34,615 nt of DNA from the NCBI GenBank assembly GCA_040143965.1, contig JASJQH010006941.1:1-34615 (forward strand), in the 5' to 3' direction. The notes under the pieces were generated by a model, which saw nothing but the letters and a program-made list of their open reading frames with translations, searched no databases and was not told the DNA's origin. A program made the position numbers and the translations under genes. The stretch comes from Basidiobolus ranarum. Its lineage: Eukaryota. Positions 21,403 through 34,615 of this stretch are shown here, piece by piece (position 1 is the stretch's first letter; each line of letters begins with the position of its first letter).

Positions 21403-22901
21403 ATGACCATGTCCAATATCTCCGAGAAACGCGCATCAAAGGAAGAAGGGCAAGCTTGCAAAAGAGCCAAGGCTACCATTTCAAACACATTCAACCCCCG
21501 CTACTACGAGTCGGATTTCGTAAACGGTTTCAATCGCGGCTTCACTACCCGCATCCCTTTCTGTGATACTCCCGACAAATCCCAAGCTTATACCCTTGGA
21601 TATCCTTTCCGAGCAGGCGCTTTAAGTAACGTTTTTGATGAGGATTTTTTGAAGGAAGTAAAAAAGGAACTTCTCGGTGATGTATTTTATCATAAATCTA
21701 ATGATTTGTACGAGTTTTTCCAATCTGAAGACTTGAAACTCACAAAGAAGCCCTATTTATCTGCTCTAAGAGAAGCTATATATAGTCCGGAATTCGTTCA
21801 GCTTATGACACGGTTGACAGGCATCAAACTCAATTCAACTATCGACCTCGCGGGTCAGCGTTATAGCGACAAATCCTTTTTACTATGCCACGACGATGAT
21901 GTTCGTAATGAAAATGAAGGTCGACGCATTGCTTTTATTATTTACTTAGTTCCTGAAGACTGGTGCGAAGAAGATGGTGGATTACTCAGTTTGTATTCTA
22001 CGTACGTATTTTCAATATATCAATGCATCTATATCAATTGACTCGTTATTAAACTTCTTGAACTTGTAGTGATTTAAAAGATCAACCCGCAGAAGTGATA
22101 CATTCTATTGTTCCTAAATGGAACTCTGTCGCTTTCTTCCAAGTTGGAACCACTTCTTTCCACGAAGTGACAGAGATTCTTACCGCATCTAAAGACCGTA
22201 TTTCCATCACTGGTTGGTTTTACGGTACTAATGATGATGTTTCCGAGGATCCTTCTCCTGAATATCAACTATTGAAATCTGTCCCTTCTCAATCGATAGA
22301 GCAATGGATAAATCCTCAATATTTGAATGATGGCGCAAATAATCAAATTTCAGACATCTTTTTGGAACAATCAAGCGTGGAGCTTCAACATTTCTTGCGT
22401 TCGGATGTGTACGAGCAAGTTGAAAAAGCAGTGTCTAGTGCGTCTTGGACTCGTCAAATAGGACCTGCTCACGCTCGTCGCTTCAGACGGATTGACTTTG
22501 AAAATTCTCCTGATTCTACAATCCTTAAGTCTCTAGAAGCATTCCTCCAATCCGAAGAGTTTGGTCAATTTCTTTGCAAGATTACCAATCTTGAACTTCG
22601 TCATTCCTCTTGCGAGACTCGAGTTTTCGGGAAAAGTGAATACACAATGTGTAACGACCAGGCTATCGAAAAAGATGGTCTCGATGTTGTACTCTCTCTG
22701 ATCAACGATGAATGGAAGGAGGAATGGGGAGGTGCCACCCATTATGTAGCCGAAGAAGAAAATCTCTTAACATTATGGCCAACCAAAAATACCCTTTCGT
22801 TAGTTCTTAGAGATGAAGAAACATTAAGATTTGTCCGTTATGTTAACCACCATGCTGAGCTGGAGAGACGTGAGGTTTCGTTAATTTTTACTGAAAATTA
22901 A
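21403..22901 (+). CDS. OGFOD1: Prolyl 3-hydroxylase of the OGFOD1/Tpa1/Ofd1 family (2OG-Fe(II) oxygenase), ~476 aa; exons 21403-22001 and 22070-22901
   Basis: KSNDLYEFFQSEDL, LLCHDD (HxD), RRIAFIIYLV, SFHEV, RISITGWF, followed by a degenerate second DSBH domain. GT-AG intron 22002-22069. Confidence 0.92.
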
Positions 22902-24419
22902 ATCCCTACAGCTACCTTTTTTTATTCTCCTTGCCAATAGATAATTCTGATAACTATACTCTCAATTTTGTCACCCTCGAACTTTATAAGTAAAAAATAG
23001 ATTCAACAGTGCAGGCTTTAACAATTGTTTAATGCACAAAGTAACATTATATTTCAGTTGGAATATCAGATCAATGTAATTCTGTGATGATGACAAAGTG
23101 CCAGGAAAGTACTTGGAAATACTGTGAGAGAATATATGAATGCAGAACTGTAACAGGCTGATCTTATAAATTGGCATGTTATAACTCTCCATAGATTAAG
23201 CATGAAATACTTTTTGTTGTTTGTTGACAAAGAGCGTTGCGAAACTACTCATTGACGCTGGTTATATGTATGTAGATTGCCCAACCTCAAGTGGTTTTGT
23301 GATGATGGTTATATTTGAGCCCTTTAGTTTTGGTAAGATATTGTTATTGGTTGGAGATTGAGTCACATAGAATGAGTTACAATGATAGTCTAAAACATAC
23401 ATATTTTATGTATAGAGTGGCATGCAGAGAGTATCAGGCTCGAGATTTCGTGATATTGGGGAGTAGACAAACCTCCAAAGTCAAATGCTTACCATCGAAA
23501 TGAGCCCATGGACTTTACACTAGATCGTACTAGTCAGGCTTGTTCCATCAAGGCTTTGTAATCTTACTTGCAACATTGATAAACGTGTATTAAACCTGAA
23601 TCTGATCCCATCCATGGTGCAAAATTGAGCGTACTTTTTATATTACTTCATCCAATTCAATATACAGCTCTATAAATAAAATGGGAATAAACCAATTCTA
23701 TGCTCGAGGACTTGTACTCGATTATGACTGTAGTTCATGTGCTTTTACGCTGATTGGTAATTCGAGGTCAAATAAATAAACCCTCCAACGCTGCCATCAA
23801 GAATGGAGATATTGAGATGAAGTGTTTTCAGTGGTCACAACAATGTTGTGGAACCCGACAATTTGTCTGGTTTAATTTCAGTGACACCAGAAGTCCAATC
23901 CGAAATCAATCTTCTCTACTCAACAAATTTGCTCTTCTGTTGATGATATCCTCGGTGGATGGATTGTGAAATGAAGCCTAGCCAGCTTCTAGTGTTCCCA
24001 CATGATACATCATTCAGAATTATGTTTATTGTACGTTAGTACTATTGAAGGAAAATCTGGAGGGAATTTGTTCTTACTAAGGCGGAAAGTTCAAGGGTGT
24101 GTTTCATTAGTCTATGTGGACAAGAGGATAACCATAAAGAGGGACGACTTGATCTACTTATAAATATGAGCATAAGGCCTTTGAAAAATATTGGAAAGGT
24201 GTGAGAACAAGGGTTACGGACTGCAAATGTGTAGTCGATTGATATCGCAAAAATGTAAGAAAAAATATCTTCTCATGATAAGTAAATGGGTCAATAAATA
24301 TGTGCGAACAGTAAATTCAAGCGTAGCAAATCGAATAGAAACCTCGAGTTTACAAAGTGAAAAAATGGAATATGAGAGTTAAAATCCAAAATACATAGTC
24401 TTCAAAGGTTCAGCGTATG

Positions 24420-24695
24420 CTACATAACCGAACATGCACAATTGCTACTTGTATTGGGTGCGTATGGGTCATCTCTTTTCTCCACAGGCCCCCACACAGA
24501 AGGCAGCATAGGATCCCGTGTACACTTGGTGTATTTTACTAGGCTGCAAAAAGAGTTAATTTCTAAATACATCGTCTAATAGCAAGAGTTCACTTACGAC
24601 ATAGCAGCTTCACTAATAGTAGCGCGTGGCACATTAAGTTGCTCTCTAAGACGAGTGTTATGCTCGAGAATCTTTCTGAGTTTGATTTCACTCAT
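24420..24695 (-). CDS. Heterotrimeric G-protein gamma subunit (Ste18/GpgA-like), 73 aa; exons 24695-24598 and 24543-24420
   Basis: Hand translation: MSEIKLRKILEHNTRLREQLNVPRATISEAAMSLVKYTKCTRDPMLPSVWGPVEKRDDPYAPNTSSNCACSVM. GGL-domain pattern with C-terminal CAAX (CSVM). Intron GTAAGT...GCAG. Confidence 0.95.
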
Positions 24696-25691
24696 TTGAG
24701 TTTTGAGGGTAGTTGAGAATGAGAGACGTGAAATATGTGTAGAAATAGAAAGTAAAAGTATACCGAGTAACACGGTTAACTAGATATTAATCCAAAAGAG
24801 AGCTGAACAGAGGAAACCTAGCTTCTTGTTGCTAAACAGTATCCAGGGGAAAGGAAAGAATTGAAGTTTCGAATAAGAAAACTCGAGCCAAATAAGAGAT
24901 TCACGTATGACCCCACTATTTGATATCTGTCTCAGTGATACTCTTCTAGATAAGGAAAAAAGTATTAAGTAACCTATAGGACGCAGATACCATTGGTGGC
25001 TTAAGAAGACTATTTCTAGGTAGTACAGAAACCGTTTTCCTGCTGGTCTATTAACGAGCAAGAACATTTTTCACTCTGATAGAGGTCGCCATATACATAG
25101 TGGAGTTCATTCATTATGACAGCCCCATTGCATAATGGTCATCTGTGACTCGTCGAATTTATTTGCTCCACCAAGGGCTAACAAAGTTCTGGACTTGAAT
25201 TATGTATTACCTTTGGTTTCGACCTCAGTGGTTGGCTCCGATGAATATAAATGCTAATCTTAATTAAGAGTTTTGTAGGTAAACAGATTTGTCATATATT
25301 TTGAACAATCCGGTGTATTTTGTAGGGGAGGCGCCACCTTCAACCTATAAATATTTATAGGGTCTTGAATTTGCCCTAATTGAGATACGGGTTGTTGGTA
25401 AGGTTAGTGACGATATATTCCCTAAAATGTTCTTGACCAATGGCAGCGACTGCAACGATCCAGCTCATTTGACTCCGATTAATGGCTGTCATTTCCACTC
25501 CTTCCTGGTGATAAGCATACAAAGACTGATACATAGCATTCACAGTTTCATGTGTAATGTTGGTTGATTTACTTTTAAATTATGGGATTGTAATGATTTA
25601 CAAATATTCGGAAATTGAATGTACCGTATTATTATGAACAATCAAGAAGGTATCAGACAGTATAAACAGCTAACACATACGATAATGCCGA

Positions 25692-26818
25692 CTAGACCTG
25701 TGCATCCAAGTGTTCGCTAGAATGGATCCTCTGACTGGGAAAATCAGTTTCCCAGGCAGGGGGGTAGTGGTAAATGGACCATTCTAAGAAAAATACTTTC
25801 TTGACCCAGTGAGGTAGCCTGGAAAATAAAGAGGATGGCATAGGGATTACGATGCTGGTTGCGTTCAAATAGTCCTTATAGGACGAGAATTCGGGACTTT
25901 CGTAGAATTTCTTTTGCGTGGGTTTCTCGACGTAAGGGAGACCGGAAAGAAACAAAAGAATAAACATGGTAAATAGTGGGCTAGCAATGGCAGCCCATCC
26001 TGCCGAGATTCCACTTGATAGAGTAGGCTGAAGGCTGAGCAAGAAAATACCCCACCATAGTAAGATTTCACCAAAATAGTTGGGATGTCGTGAAACAGAC
26101 CACACCCCAGTGCGAATGAAATCTAAAGGACCAGATCTATTTGAATAGTGATGATTCTTTTGTAGGTCAGCCACTTACAACAATTTAAAGTCAGCAAAGA
26201 GTTGAAAATCCATCAAAGGCAAACACAACCAACCTGCTTCAAACAAAAATCCAATAGCCCAGAATACAATCCCGATGATATCCGTTGCACTGCCGAATGT
26301 AGGATCGTACTCAGAGAGTTTGTACGAGTTAAGAAAGGTAACAGGTAAAGATACTGTCCACACCCATACCATCTGGGCAATCCAAAATCCAAGGAACGAA
26401 AAAAACTTTTCACGGATTCCATCAAAACGTTGGTCGTTGTTGGTTTTTATGATGCGATACAGCTGATTACCTACAAGAATGAGTTAGTATCAACTTGGTT
26501 TGAATAACGAAAGAAGTAAGTACCAGCTAAACGACAGCCCCAAATAGCAACGAGTATGAGAGCGACAGTTTGACGAGTATGATAGACCTAAATATTAAAT
26601 GATGAATAATGTGTAGCATGTTCTAGATGGTTGATTGCACTTACTTCGCATAGAAAGTACGTTAGCAAGGCGAGTATCACGAAATTGGATCCGCCTGCAA
26701 AGTCTGTTACTTTGTCAAATTTGAATGTGTAAGCCACGAGAAAGAATATCAGTTGATATCCGATGGTGACAAGCAGTGTGAGAGCAAGGTAGAACTGATC
26801 CAGTACAAATATACTCAT
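25692..26818 (-). CDS. DUF1295 / steroid 5-alpha-reductase-like membrane protein, 4 exons
   Basis: FDKVTDFAGGSNF, WGCRLAG, DQRFDGIR, QMVWVWTVSLP, ADLQK, GVWSVSRHPNYFGEILLWWG, SGLPYVEK. Three GT-AG introns join the frames. Confidence 0.92.
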
Positions 26819-28501
26819 CTCAGCAATACGCTATCCAGTTGTAGAGGGGTTTAAAGTGATAGGGGTAACGAGCTTTGAGAGAAAAGCTGGCTTATAAAAG
26901 GTTTGCCGCTTGACATAATCTGTAGATTCATCTTGTCACGATCGTGAATTTCTGAATAAATGATTGATGGCCCTCCCAGCGAATTTTCCATTATAGGTAC
27001 CTCCTATATTAATCATGCCTTCAGATCGCAGATCGGCATTTGTTCGATTGCAAGTGACGAGAGAGTAGTAGTCACAAAGGTCAGTTCGATTTGAGTTCAA
27101 GTAATCAAGCTGGGGTAGTGCGCTCAACTCAGTTTACGAAAGTGAATTCCATTTATAATGTGTGCTACTAATACAATTGGTTACTTATAATAACAAACCT
27201 CTCAGTTGAGTTTTTGTTTTTTTCTTCCAATTCAATGTCTTCACATCTTTTACTTCGGCTGATAATGACTCAGTGCAGTTATGGTTATAGATTTATTCTT
27301 CACAACGGATCTAAGCTGTTAGAGCCTTTTTGAACTCATCCTCTGTATTGTTGCGCTAAGTTCAACTTTTCAGCGTATCATATGAGCAAGATGCTTCCAA
27401 TATCAGTATAATTGTACATAAGCGTCCGTTGTAGAGGTGGTTGCAGAGCATATTTCAACTTGTTTCATCTCACAAAAGAAGGCCGAGTTCATGATTTTAA
27501 ATTGTTTAGCGTCATATTCTCATGTCTACAATATTTATACTATGCTTCAACCAAACGATTGTTTCTTTATACTCTCCATGTAGACTACATAGTTAGTGTA
27601 ATTTCTCCACCAGTTCGTGCTTAAACATCAGATTGAGTACTACAGCACTATTAAGTCTTATCCCTACCGAAAAATCAGAGTGATAGTGTTAACTGTTTAT
27701 CAAACATAGCCATGAAGTCAGTAAATAATCCTTTCTTGTCTCATACATGCTTATTTCTCTTTAGCATCTTTTCTCAATATATTAATTCTAAGATCATTTC
27801 CATTCGCTTTGTGAGTTTTATCACTGGATTATACCAAGAATCAAGTTATAACACTGTTTCAACGCTTTAAGTGTCTGAACCATCGTGACATCTTCACGTA
27901 ATGATGGATTGTTTTGACAATCGATCGCCATTTATTACTCATCATAGCTAATTAGTTGTATATATTCAATAAGGATTCACAAACATCACAGCTCAATTGG
28001 ATAGGTGGCTCAAGGCTCAAACGTTCTGTAAAAGAATTCGAGATTGTACACTTTCTAAATCATTATCCCATATCGAAGTACTATTAAATGGACCAAGTTC
28101 AGTGATAAGGGTTCGATTATGACGATATTGCATCATTGTTTCTGTATCTCATATTGAAACACAAAGCTTAATAGATGCTGGGGATTGTGAACGACATACT
28201 TGCAGGGGCTGCCTGAACCACTGAACATCTGCTATTCAACTTTATCGCAGCTCAAAACTCACCATGGACAGATGAAATGTTACGAGGTTTTAAATTAATT
28301 CATGTATTCATTCTTGCTCTGGACAAAGCTTAATAAGATAAAAATAAATAAATGGTACCATCGTGAAGAACTAGTAATACTAAGATTGTTGAGAACTCGA
28401 AAGTAATTAAATATGAAAAAGTGCCTCAGGAAGGTGGGTGGCTTCCCATTCGATGAATTAACCCTTTAATTCATTAAGGTTTTAGAAGAAAAAGATCCAA
28501 T

Positions 28502-30112
28502 TTATGGACTTATGGGTCGTGAGGTGGAGGAGATAGGAGATCCGGGTTCAGAAGTAGGAGCAGATCTCAACTCCTTCCTAAAAAGCGAAACGTGTTAAAT
28601 AACTGGACATTGGTCAAAGGGATATGGAATTGGTATACTCTAGCAATTCTGGACTCATACGACTAAGCTTTTCAGTTCTATAGTTTTCGTAAAGTACATT
28701 ATGTGTGAGTTCTCTCAAGTCGGTCATGTGGGAGCTGGCAAGATGAAAAGAGTGGTAAGCATATATTGGATCCGTTAGATCTGTACTTGGACATTTACTT
28801 GAGTAACATAAAGCGTAAACGATCGAAATCACAGTGCTCTGGGTTGTCAACTGTAAGAGGCAAGTGTCAGACTACATCTAAAACATCGAAAGTAAACAAG
28901 GCTAACCATCAATATAGCCCCAAGGATATCTTCTTCCACGAATTTTGACACCATCTACAACAAACTCTTCTTCGTTTCCTATGACAGCAAAGGGGAGGAG
29001 TTCCTGTTCATAGGTTTAATACCTAGCCAAACCACAGGTGCAAATAGACAACCACTTACTCGAAGTTCATTGTTCTCATCAATCATTTCTTCCTCGTCAT
29101 CGGGATCGTTAGGGAAGTCGTAGATAGGAATTCTATAATATTCAATATCCTCCATAACCTGATCATGAAAGCAGACGATTGATAAGAATTACAATTCAAC
29201 CACTTGCACAAAACTACTCACTCTCTTTTTGAAAGTGGCCAATTCGGTCGGAGTCAGAGAGTCGGCTTTACCAATGACTGGTATGATGTTGACTCTGGGC
29301 CCTAAACGTTTCATCAGCTCGATATCCATCTCGCGAAGACTAAAAATAGCATTGTGTTAAATCCAAGCAAATGCTGCAGAGTATAAACTTGACTTACGAA
29401 TGACCGGTAGGAGTGATGAAATAGATGAGTGCGTGAACTCTATTATCTTGGAATTTAGGATTACGGCGAATACGAGATTCCTCACCGAGAATAATATCGT
29501 ATTGTTGCTCTACATAACTCAAAATTTCGTTGAAACTACGATGGTTATTAATAAACGAAATTAGTTTATGTTATCAAGTCAGCCCAGAAAGATTGACTAC
29601 ATACCTAGCAACATTATCAATATTATCACCAAACCCTGGAGTATCAACAACAGTAAGAGCAATCCGCATTCCATCTTCCTCAAGATCTACACATAGTATG
29701 TAAACAACAAGCTTTGTGATTTCCTATCCATTTGAATAGGCAAATATCTTACCAGCATTGATCGGATGGATTTGAACTGGAGTAGGTTGATGAGCATTCT
29801 CAGGAATAAATTCCTCTCGATTAGGAATAATTTTCTTTTCGCATAGTGTGTTTACAAAGCTGGTTCTACCCAGCCCGGAGGCACCTAAACATCATAAAAG
29901 TAAATCACTGGATGCGAAAAGTAGAACAGAGCTCAAAGGAAATGAACAATATACACACCAACGACCATGATGGTAAATTGGGTGCCTTTCTTGGCGTTCT
30001 TCCAGCGTCCACCATATCTCTAAGTTAGAATGAAGCAAATAAAGGATGAGTATTGCGTGTATGACATCTAGTTGGTATCCTTCGAGATGAGAAGGTTAGG
30101 TACCTGCGACAT
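28502..30112 (-). CDS. Septin of the Cdc11/AspA/Spn3 type, ~11 exons, with a 9-nt first coding exon
   Basis: Spliced product has KKGTQFTIMVVGASGLGRTSFVNTLC (G1 with Arg, typical of Cdc11), VVDTPGFGD (G3), IGKADSLT (G4), LPFAVIG, RGRRYPWG, HCDF, LYENYRTEKL. Confidence 0.93.
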
Positions 30113-31266
30113 TGTGTTGGTTGTAAGGAAAGTTTAAAAAGTAAATGTGTCTAGTCAATACGTTTACTTGAAACCGTGCTTTGGCTAGCGGTCGCTCGAG
30201 AAATGCAACTAAATGAAAGTGGGGACTCTATTCCGGATTGGTGGGGCAAGAGTGTGCTTCACTGAGGTAACAAGTGAAGATAACTCAGGTAAGCGGACAT
30301 TGATGAATTATTGTTTTAATGCGCATAATAATTTCAAAATTCATCGATTTTACAAATGATTTGTGTATCAATAAGAAAAGGAAGCAGGTGAGCAGGGCCA
30401 TTGGTGAAACCGTTGAAGGTTGTCACTGGTTAGAGCTGAAATTGCAATATTCCTTTTTAATTGCATTCTATATTTTATTTAGTAGCACCTACCCAAGAAA
30501 TATCGGTGATATCTCTTGTCTAACAGTCAAGGGATAAAATTAATCGACTATTCTTGACACTGTCTAATTTAAGGATTCTGATACCTAAGCCAGGCTTCTA
30601 GTCAGCGGGTGACAGCCAGACAAGTCGATGCTGACATTGATGTGGACACGCACCATTCGTTTTTACCATCCAACTTACATTTTTGGGGTCTGATGCTCCA
30701 TCGTTACTTCTATTCATTAGGTGCAGATCACCAGATATATTCATTTTAACTAGTATAGGCGATGGAAAGTTTCTAGCTCTTCTGAGCTATGAGTTTTCGA
30801 AATATACAAGGCGGAGAATGACTCGTCCATGTTATAGCTTATCATAAACACCATTTGTGCCAAATAGGCTGGCCTGACATCGATAGTGAAGCGGATTTTG
30901 ATTATATTAAGAACATTTGAAAGCCAAACTGATTCCAACATCTCGAATTGGGTCCTTCCTGTACAGGCTAGCTAGATCAAACATAATATAAAAAGGAATT
31001 AGGCTGCTGCTTATTAAATCATGTTTAGTCTTCTAAGTAGTTGGCATATATTTAAACGAACATGACCACATACTGAGTCAACATAATGTTGTGGCTCTTA
31101 CGGAACTGTTTAAATATTGTCCAATCCTCGGTGAAATTACACTTCTTGAAATGGATAGATCATGAGTATAACCTATCAGTATTAGGTAAAAAAAAATATT
31201 GTGACTCCTAGACTAGTACATTTTGTTTGACAGAACATTTTTGACTCTTTGCATACGAGAAGCAAT

Positions 31267-33947
31267 ATGAGTTTGTACTGTCGCTCGTTTTTGCGTACGA
31301 CTCTTCGTGCTCCATATGGAAAGCGCTACCTAGCAACTATTACACCCTCACCAACATTACTCGATAATTCCAAATATGATGTTGTTGTCATTGGTGGAGG
31401 TCACGCTGGGTCTGAGGCCTGCGCCGCAGCAGCAAGAACCGGTGCCAAAACACTCCTATTGACCCATAAGTTCGAGACGATTGGTGAAATGAGTTGCAAT
31501 CCTTCTTTTGGAGGAATCGGCAAGGGGATTTTAGTGAGAGAAATTGACGCATTAGACGGTTTATGTGGTCGGATATCAGGTCAGGTGCTATTGTAGATTT
31601 TGTACTTTGGAGTCCAACTAACACTTTTATACTTATAGATAAGGCTGGTATTAACTTTCGGATTTTGAATCGTTCTAGAGGACCAGCAGTCCACGTAAGA
31701 AATCTGTTATCATTTAATCGCTTTTTTGCATAAAGGTGACTCAACTATATATATCCAGGGTCCAAGAGCTCAAATCGACAGAAAACTTTACAAACAGCAT
31801 ATGCAAGAATGCCTCTCTAACTATCCGAATCTCTCTATCAAAATTGGTGGTGTATCAGATATCATTGTTGAAGAGCCAACTGCTTGTAACAATAATGAAG
31901 AGAAGAAATCTGTGTACGGTCAAATTAAGGGTGTTAAGCTGGGTATGTTTCTTGTGATCCTGCATTTTTACATTGAATATTAATCTTATTACGATAAAAT
32001 AGAATCTGGTGAAGTCATTCAAGCCGAAAAAGTTGTAATTACTACCGGAACATTCCTGCAAGGAGAGATTCATATTGGTATGAATTTCCATGTTGAAGAA
32101 CCAAAGAGATCGTTTGTACTCATCTTTGTTTATTCAAAATTTCATAGGAATGACTTGTTATCCTGCTGGGAGAATTGGTGAAAAGGCAGCTGTTGGGCTC
32201 TCTAATTCTTTGGAAAAAGCTGGATTCAGACTTGGAAGACTTAAAACAGGCACTCCACCTCGTCTAGATGGACGTACCATTAACTATAAGGACTTAATCC
32301 CTCAATATGGAGATGTGCCTGCTAATCCTTTCTCCTTTCTCCATGATAGCGTTCCATTAGAGGTATTTTGTTATTTTAATATTGCATTCTAGCCTTACAC
32401 AAACACTTGTATTAATTTTACGAAACAGAAAGAACAAATTCCTTGCTTTCAAACGGGAACTACATCGGAATCTCATAAAATCATCATGGAAAATCTTGAC
32501 AAAAGCATTCATATTCGGGAGACAGTCAAGGGACCCAGGTATATATTTTTATTCCAAGGTGTGCATGGTACGGGCTTACTCAACATTACTGATTTCTTAG
32601 ATACTGCCCATCAATTGAATCGAAGGTTATACGCTTCGCGAATAAGCCTTCTCACATGGTGTGGCTTGAACCAGAAGGTTGTTTGTTTATATGTACATCT
32701 ACATGTCAGCAGGCATGATCGATTTTTATCAAATCACTAACATCGAAGTTGTAATATCCAGGACTTGATACTGATGTTGTCTACCCCAATGGTATCTCGA
32801 TAACCCTTCCAGAAGAATATCAACTAAAACTTCTTCGTACAATTCCGGGCTTAGAGGACGTAACAATGCTTCGTCCTGGTTAGTGCACTTCAATTTCTGG
32901 TTTAATTTTCGACGCTCGCTAATTTATGGTAAAGGTTATGGTGTTGAATATGATCACATTGATCCACGTGAGCTGTATCCTACATTGGAGACTCACAAGA
33001 TTCGAGGCCTTTATATGGCGGGACAAATTAATGGAACCACAGGCTATGAAGAGGCTGCAGCTCAGGTATGTTGTTCAGGTTCTATATTGATGCTATATAT
33101 GGTTATTCATCTATTTTAGGGTATTATGGCCGGTGTTAATGCTGCTTTGGCCGTCCAAAACAAGTCACCATTGATCCTTGCCCGAGCTGATGGCTACATT
33201 GGAGTATTAATTGACGATCTTATTAATAAAGGAGTCAGCGAACCCTATCGAATTTTCACCGCTAGATCCGAGTATCGTCTGTCATTACGTGCTGATAACG
33301 CAGACATCAGACTGACTCGTAAGGGGTATGAGGCAGGTTGCGTTGGTGAAAGCCGCTACTTGCACTACCTTCAAATGGAAGAGCAACTTCTCAAGGGATT
33401 AGAAGCAATGGGTCAATATGAACTTACCCCTAATCGATGGGGCGACTATGGATTTACGGTAAATCAGGATGGAGAGCGTAGAAGTGCCCTAAGAATGTTG
33501 AGATATGCTGGTGCACAAATATCAGACTTTGAACCGTTCGTTCCTGGTATTAAAGAGTTGTCCACAACTGTTAAGAATAAGATTGCTATTGAAGGTACAG
33601 AAACTTTGCTTTAAGATCTAAGTTGAGGTTATATATTTACGTTAATTGTAGGCTTATATAGCGGGTACCTTGAGAAACAAAGTGTTGAAGTAAAAGCCTT
33701 CCGTCGTGACGAATCCATTCAAGTACCTGAAGATATGGACTATGACAGCCCTAGTCTACAATGTCTTTCAGCTGAAACACGTGAGAAATTGAAGCTGATT
33801 AAGCCTACCTCTTTGGGAGCCGCTAAACGTATTGATGGAATGACTCCTTCGAGTGTCATTGCTTTACTCAAGCATATTCAAAAACGTCAAAGAGCACTTA
33901 ATTGGGCCCAACGCCAGAGTACACACGAAGGCACTTTATCACAATAG
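31267..33947 (+). CDS. MTO1: Mitochondrial tRNA U34 modification enzyme Mto1 (GidA/MnmG), ~11 exons
   Basis: Arg-rich presequence; [78 protein letters not shown]. Confidence 0.97.
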
Positions 33948-34253
33948 AACAGAATTTCAATTTCACTCTCTCCCAACATTACATAAACATACAATCATTA
34001 TCTGCAGGTAATAAATTTATCTCGCGAAGGACTGGCTTTTGTATCATCCAAGCGATAAGCCATACAATTAGTACATAATTCTGATTTCATGTTATGAAGT
34101 GGATTTTATTGCATATACTCGAAACGAAAAATGAAGTTAACTAATAATGATCGTAGAAACGAAAGTCCTTAGAATAGATCAACTAAGATCTAGAATTTAA
34201 AATATATAATGTCCTTATTTGCGAGTGAAATGAAGAGAATACACAAGCTATAG

Positions 34254-34615
34254 TTAGAGGTTGAGTTGCTTGGGCTGTTCCCAAGAGAACTCTTCACGAC
34301 CAAAGTGACCATAACAGGCGGTTTTTGCGTAAACAGGCTTGAAAAGGTTGAGTTCTTTAACAATCACACCCGGACGAAGATCCCAATTTTTCTTGACAAT
34401 ATCAAGAAGTTCAGCGTTGGTCTTGCTGCTAGTACCGTAAGTATCAACAAAGATAGATAAAGGCTCAGCGACACCGATGGCATAAGAAAGTTGAACTAAA
34501 CAGCGCTTAGCTAAATCAGCAGCAACCAATGATTTCGCGATCCAACGGGCAGTGTAAGCAGCCGAACGATCAACCTTTGACCACTCCTTGCCAGAGAAAG
34601 CACCACCACCGTGAG
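34254..34615 (-). CDS. SAM2: S-adenosylmethionine synthetase, C-terminal part (gene continues beyond the window)
   Basis: [53 protein letters not shown]. Confidence 0.95.
   Translation of the reverse strand, partial: HGGGAFSGKEWSKVDRSAAYTARWIAKSLVAADLAKRCLVQLSYAIGVAEPLSIFVDTYGTSSKTNAELLDIVKKNWDLRPGVIVKELNLFKPVYAKTACYGHFGREEFSWEQPKQLNL

Noticed and set aside
21600-21608. ATATCCTTT (U12 donor consensus) inside OGFOD1
   Set aside because: It lies in continuous coding sequence (GYPF), has no matching branch site, and no intron is needed.
23084-23161. Possible C/D snoRNA (GTGATGA...CTGA)
   Set aside because: No recognisable rRNA guide or terminal stem; such boxes are frequent by chance.
28578-28638. 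U12-like words (GTATAC, ATATCCCTTTGAC) in the last septin intron
   Set aside because: Neither matches the strict RTATCCTT consensus at the junction, and a pyrimidine tract precedes the AG, so it is treated as U2-type.
28921-28930. Minus-strand ATATCCTTG in the septin gene
   Set aside because: It encodes the conserved septin motif RRYPWG and is not a splice site.
30089-30099. GAGAAGGTTAG resembling part of U6atac snRNA
   Set aside because: Only 11 nt, antisense to septin intron 1, and the flanks do not match.
3124-34460. Numerous short ORF-track entries antisense to, or out of frame within, the real genes (e.g. 3124-3420, 7648-7875, 15299-15523, 31388-31744, 34266-34460)
   Set aside because: Shadow ORFs with no independent motif evidence.

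Overview
AT-rich, intron-dense eukaryotic DNA with mostly 50-90 nt introns. The gene set and a minor-spliceosome intron point to an early-diverging (zygomycete-grade, e.g. Basidiobolus/Mucoromycota-like) fungus; this assignment is inference. Gene order: 3' end of a Ser/Glu/Pro-repeat protein; Ppn2-like metallophosphoesterase; two tandem orphan basic IQ-motif proteins; an intergenic 87-bp-arm inverted repeat enclosing a 46-bp tandem duplication; intronless transketolase; a ~27-exon Cch1/NALCN-type Ca2+ channel; an ATP-dependent DNA ligase; OGFOD1/Tpa1; G-protein gamma (absent from the ORF track); a DUF1295 protein; a Cdc11-type septin; MTO1; and the 3' end of SAM synthetase. Most notable: (1) the ligase resembles T4-phage gp30 rather than eukaryotic Lig1/3/4, yet has an intron and a mitochondrial-type presequence; (2) the channel gene has a textbook U12 AT-AC intron, an apparently obligatory GC-AG intron and a Q/D/E/E pore; (3) the IQ-protein pair looks like an unannotated family; (4) the fold-back element. 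Exon structures were inferred by hand and no database searches were run.
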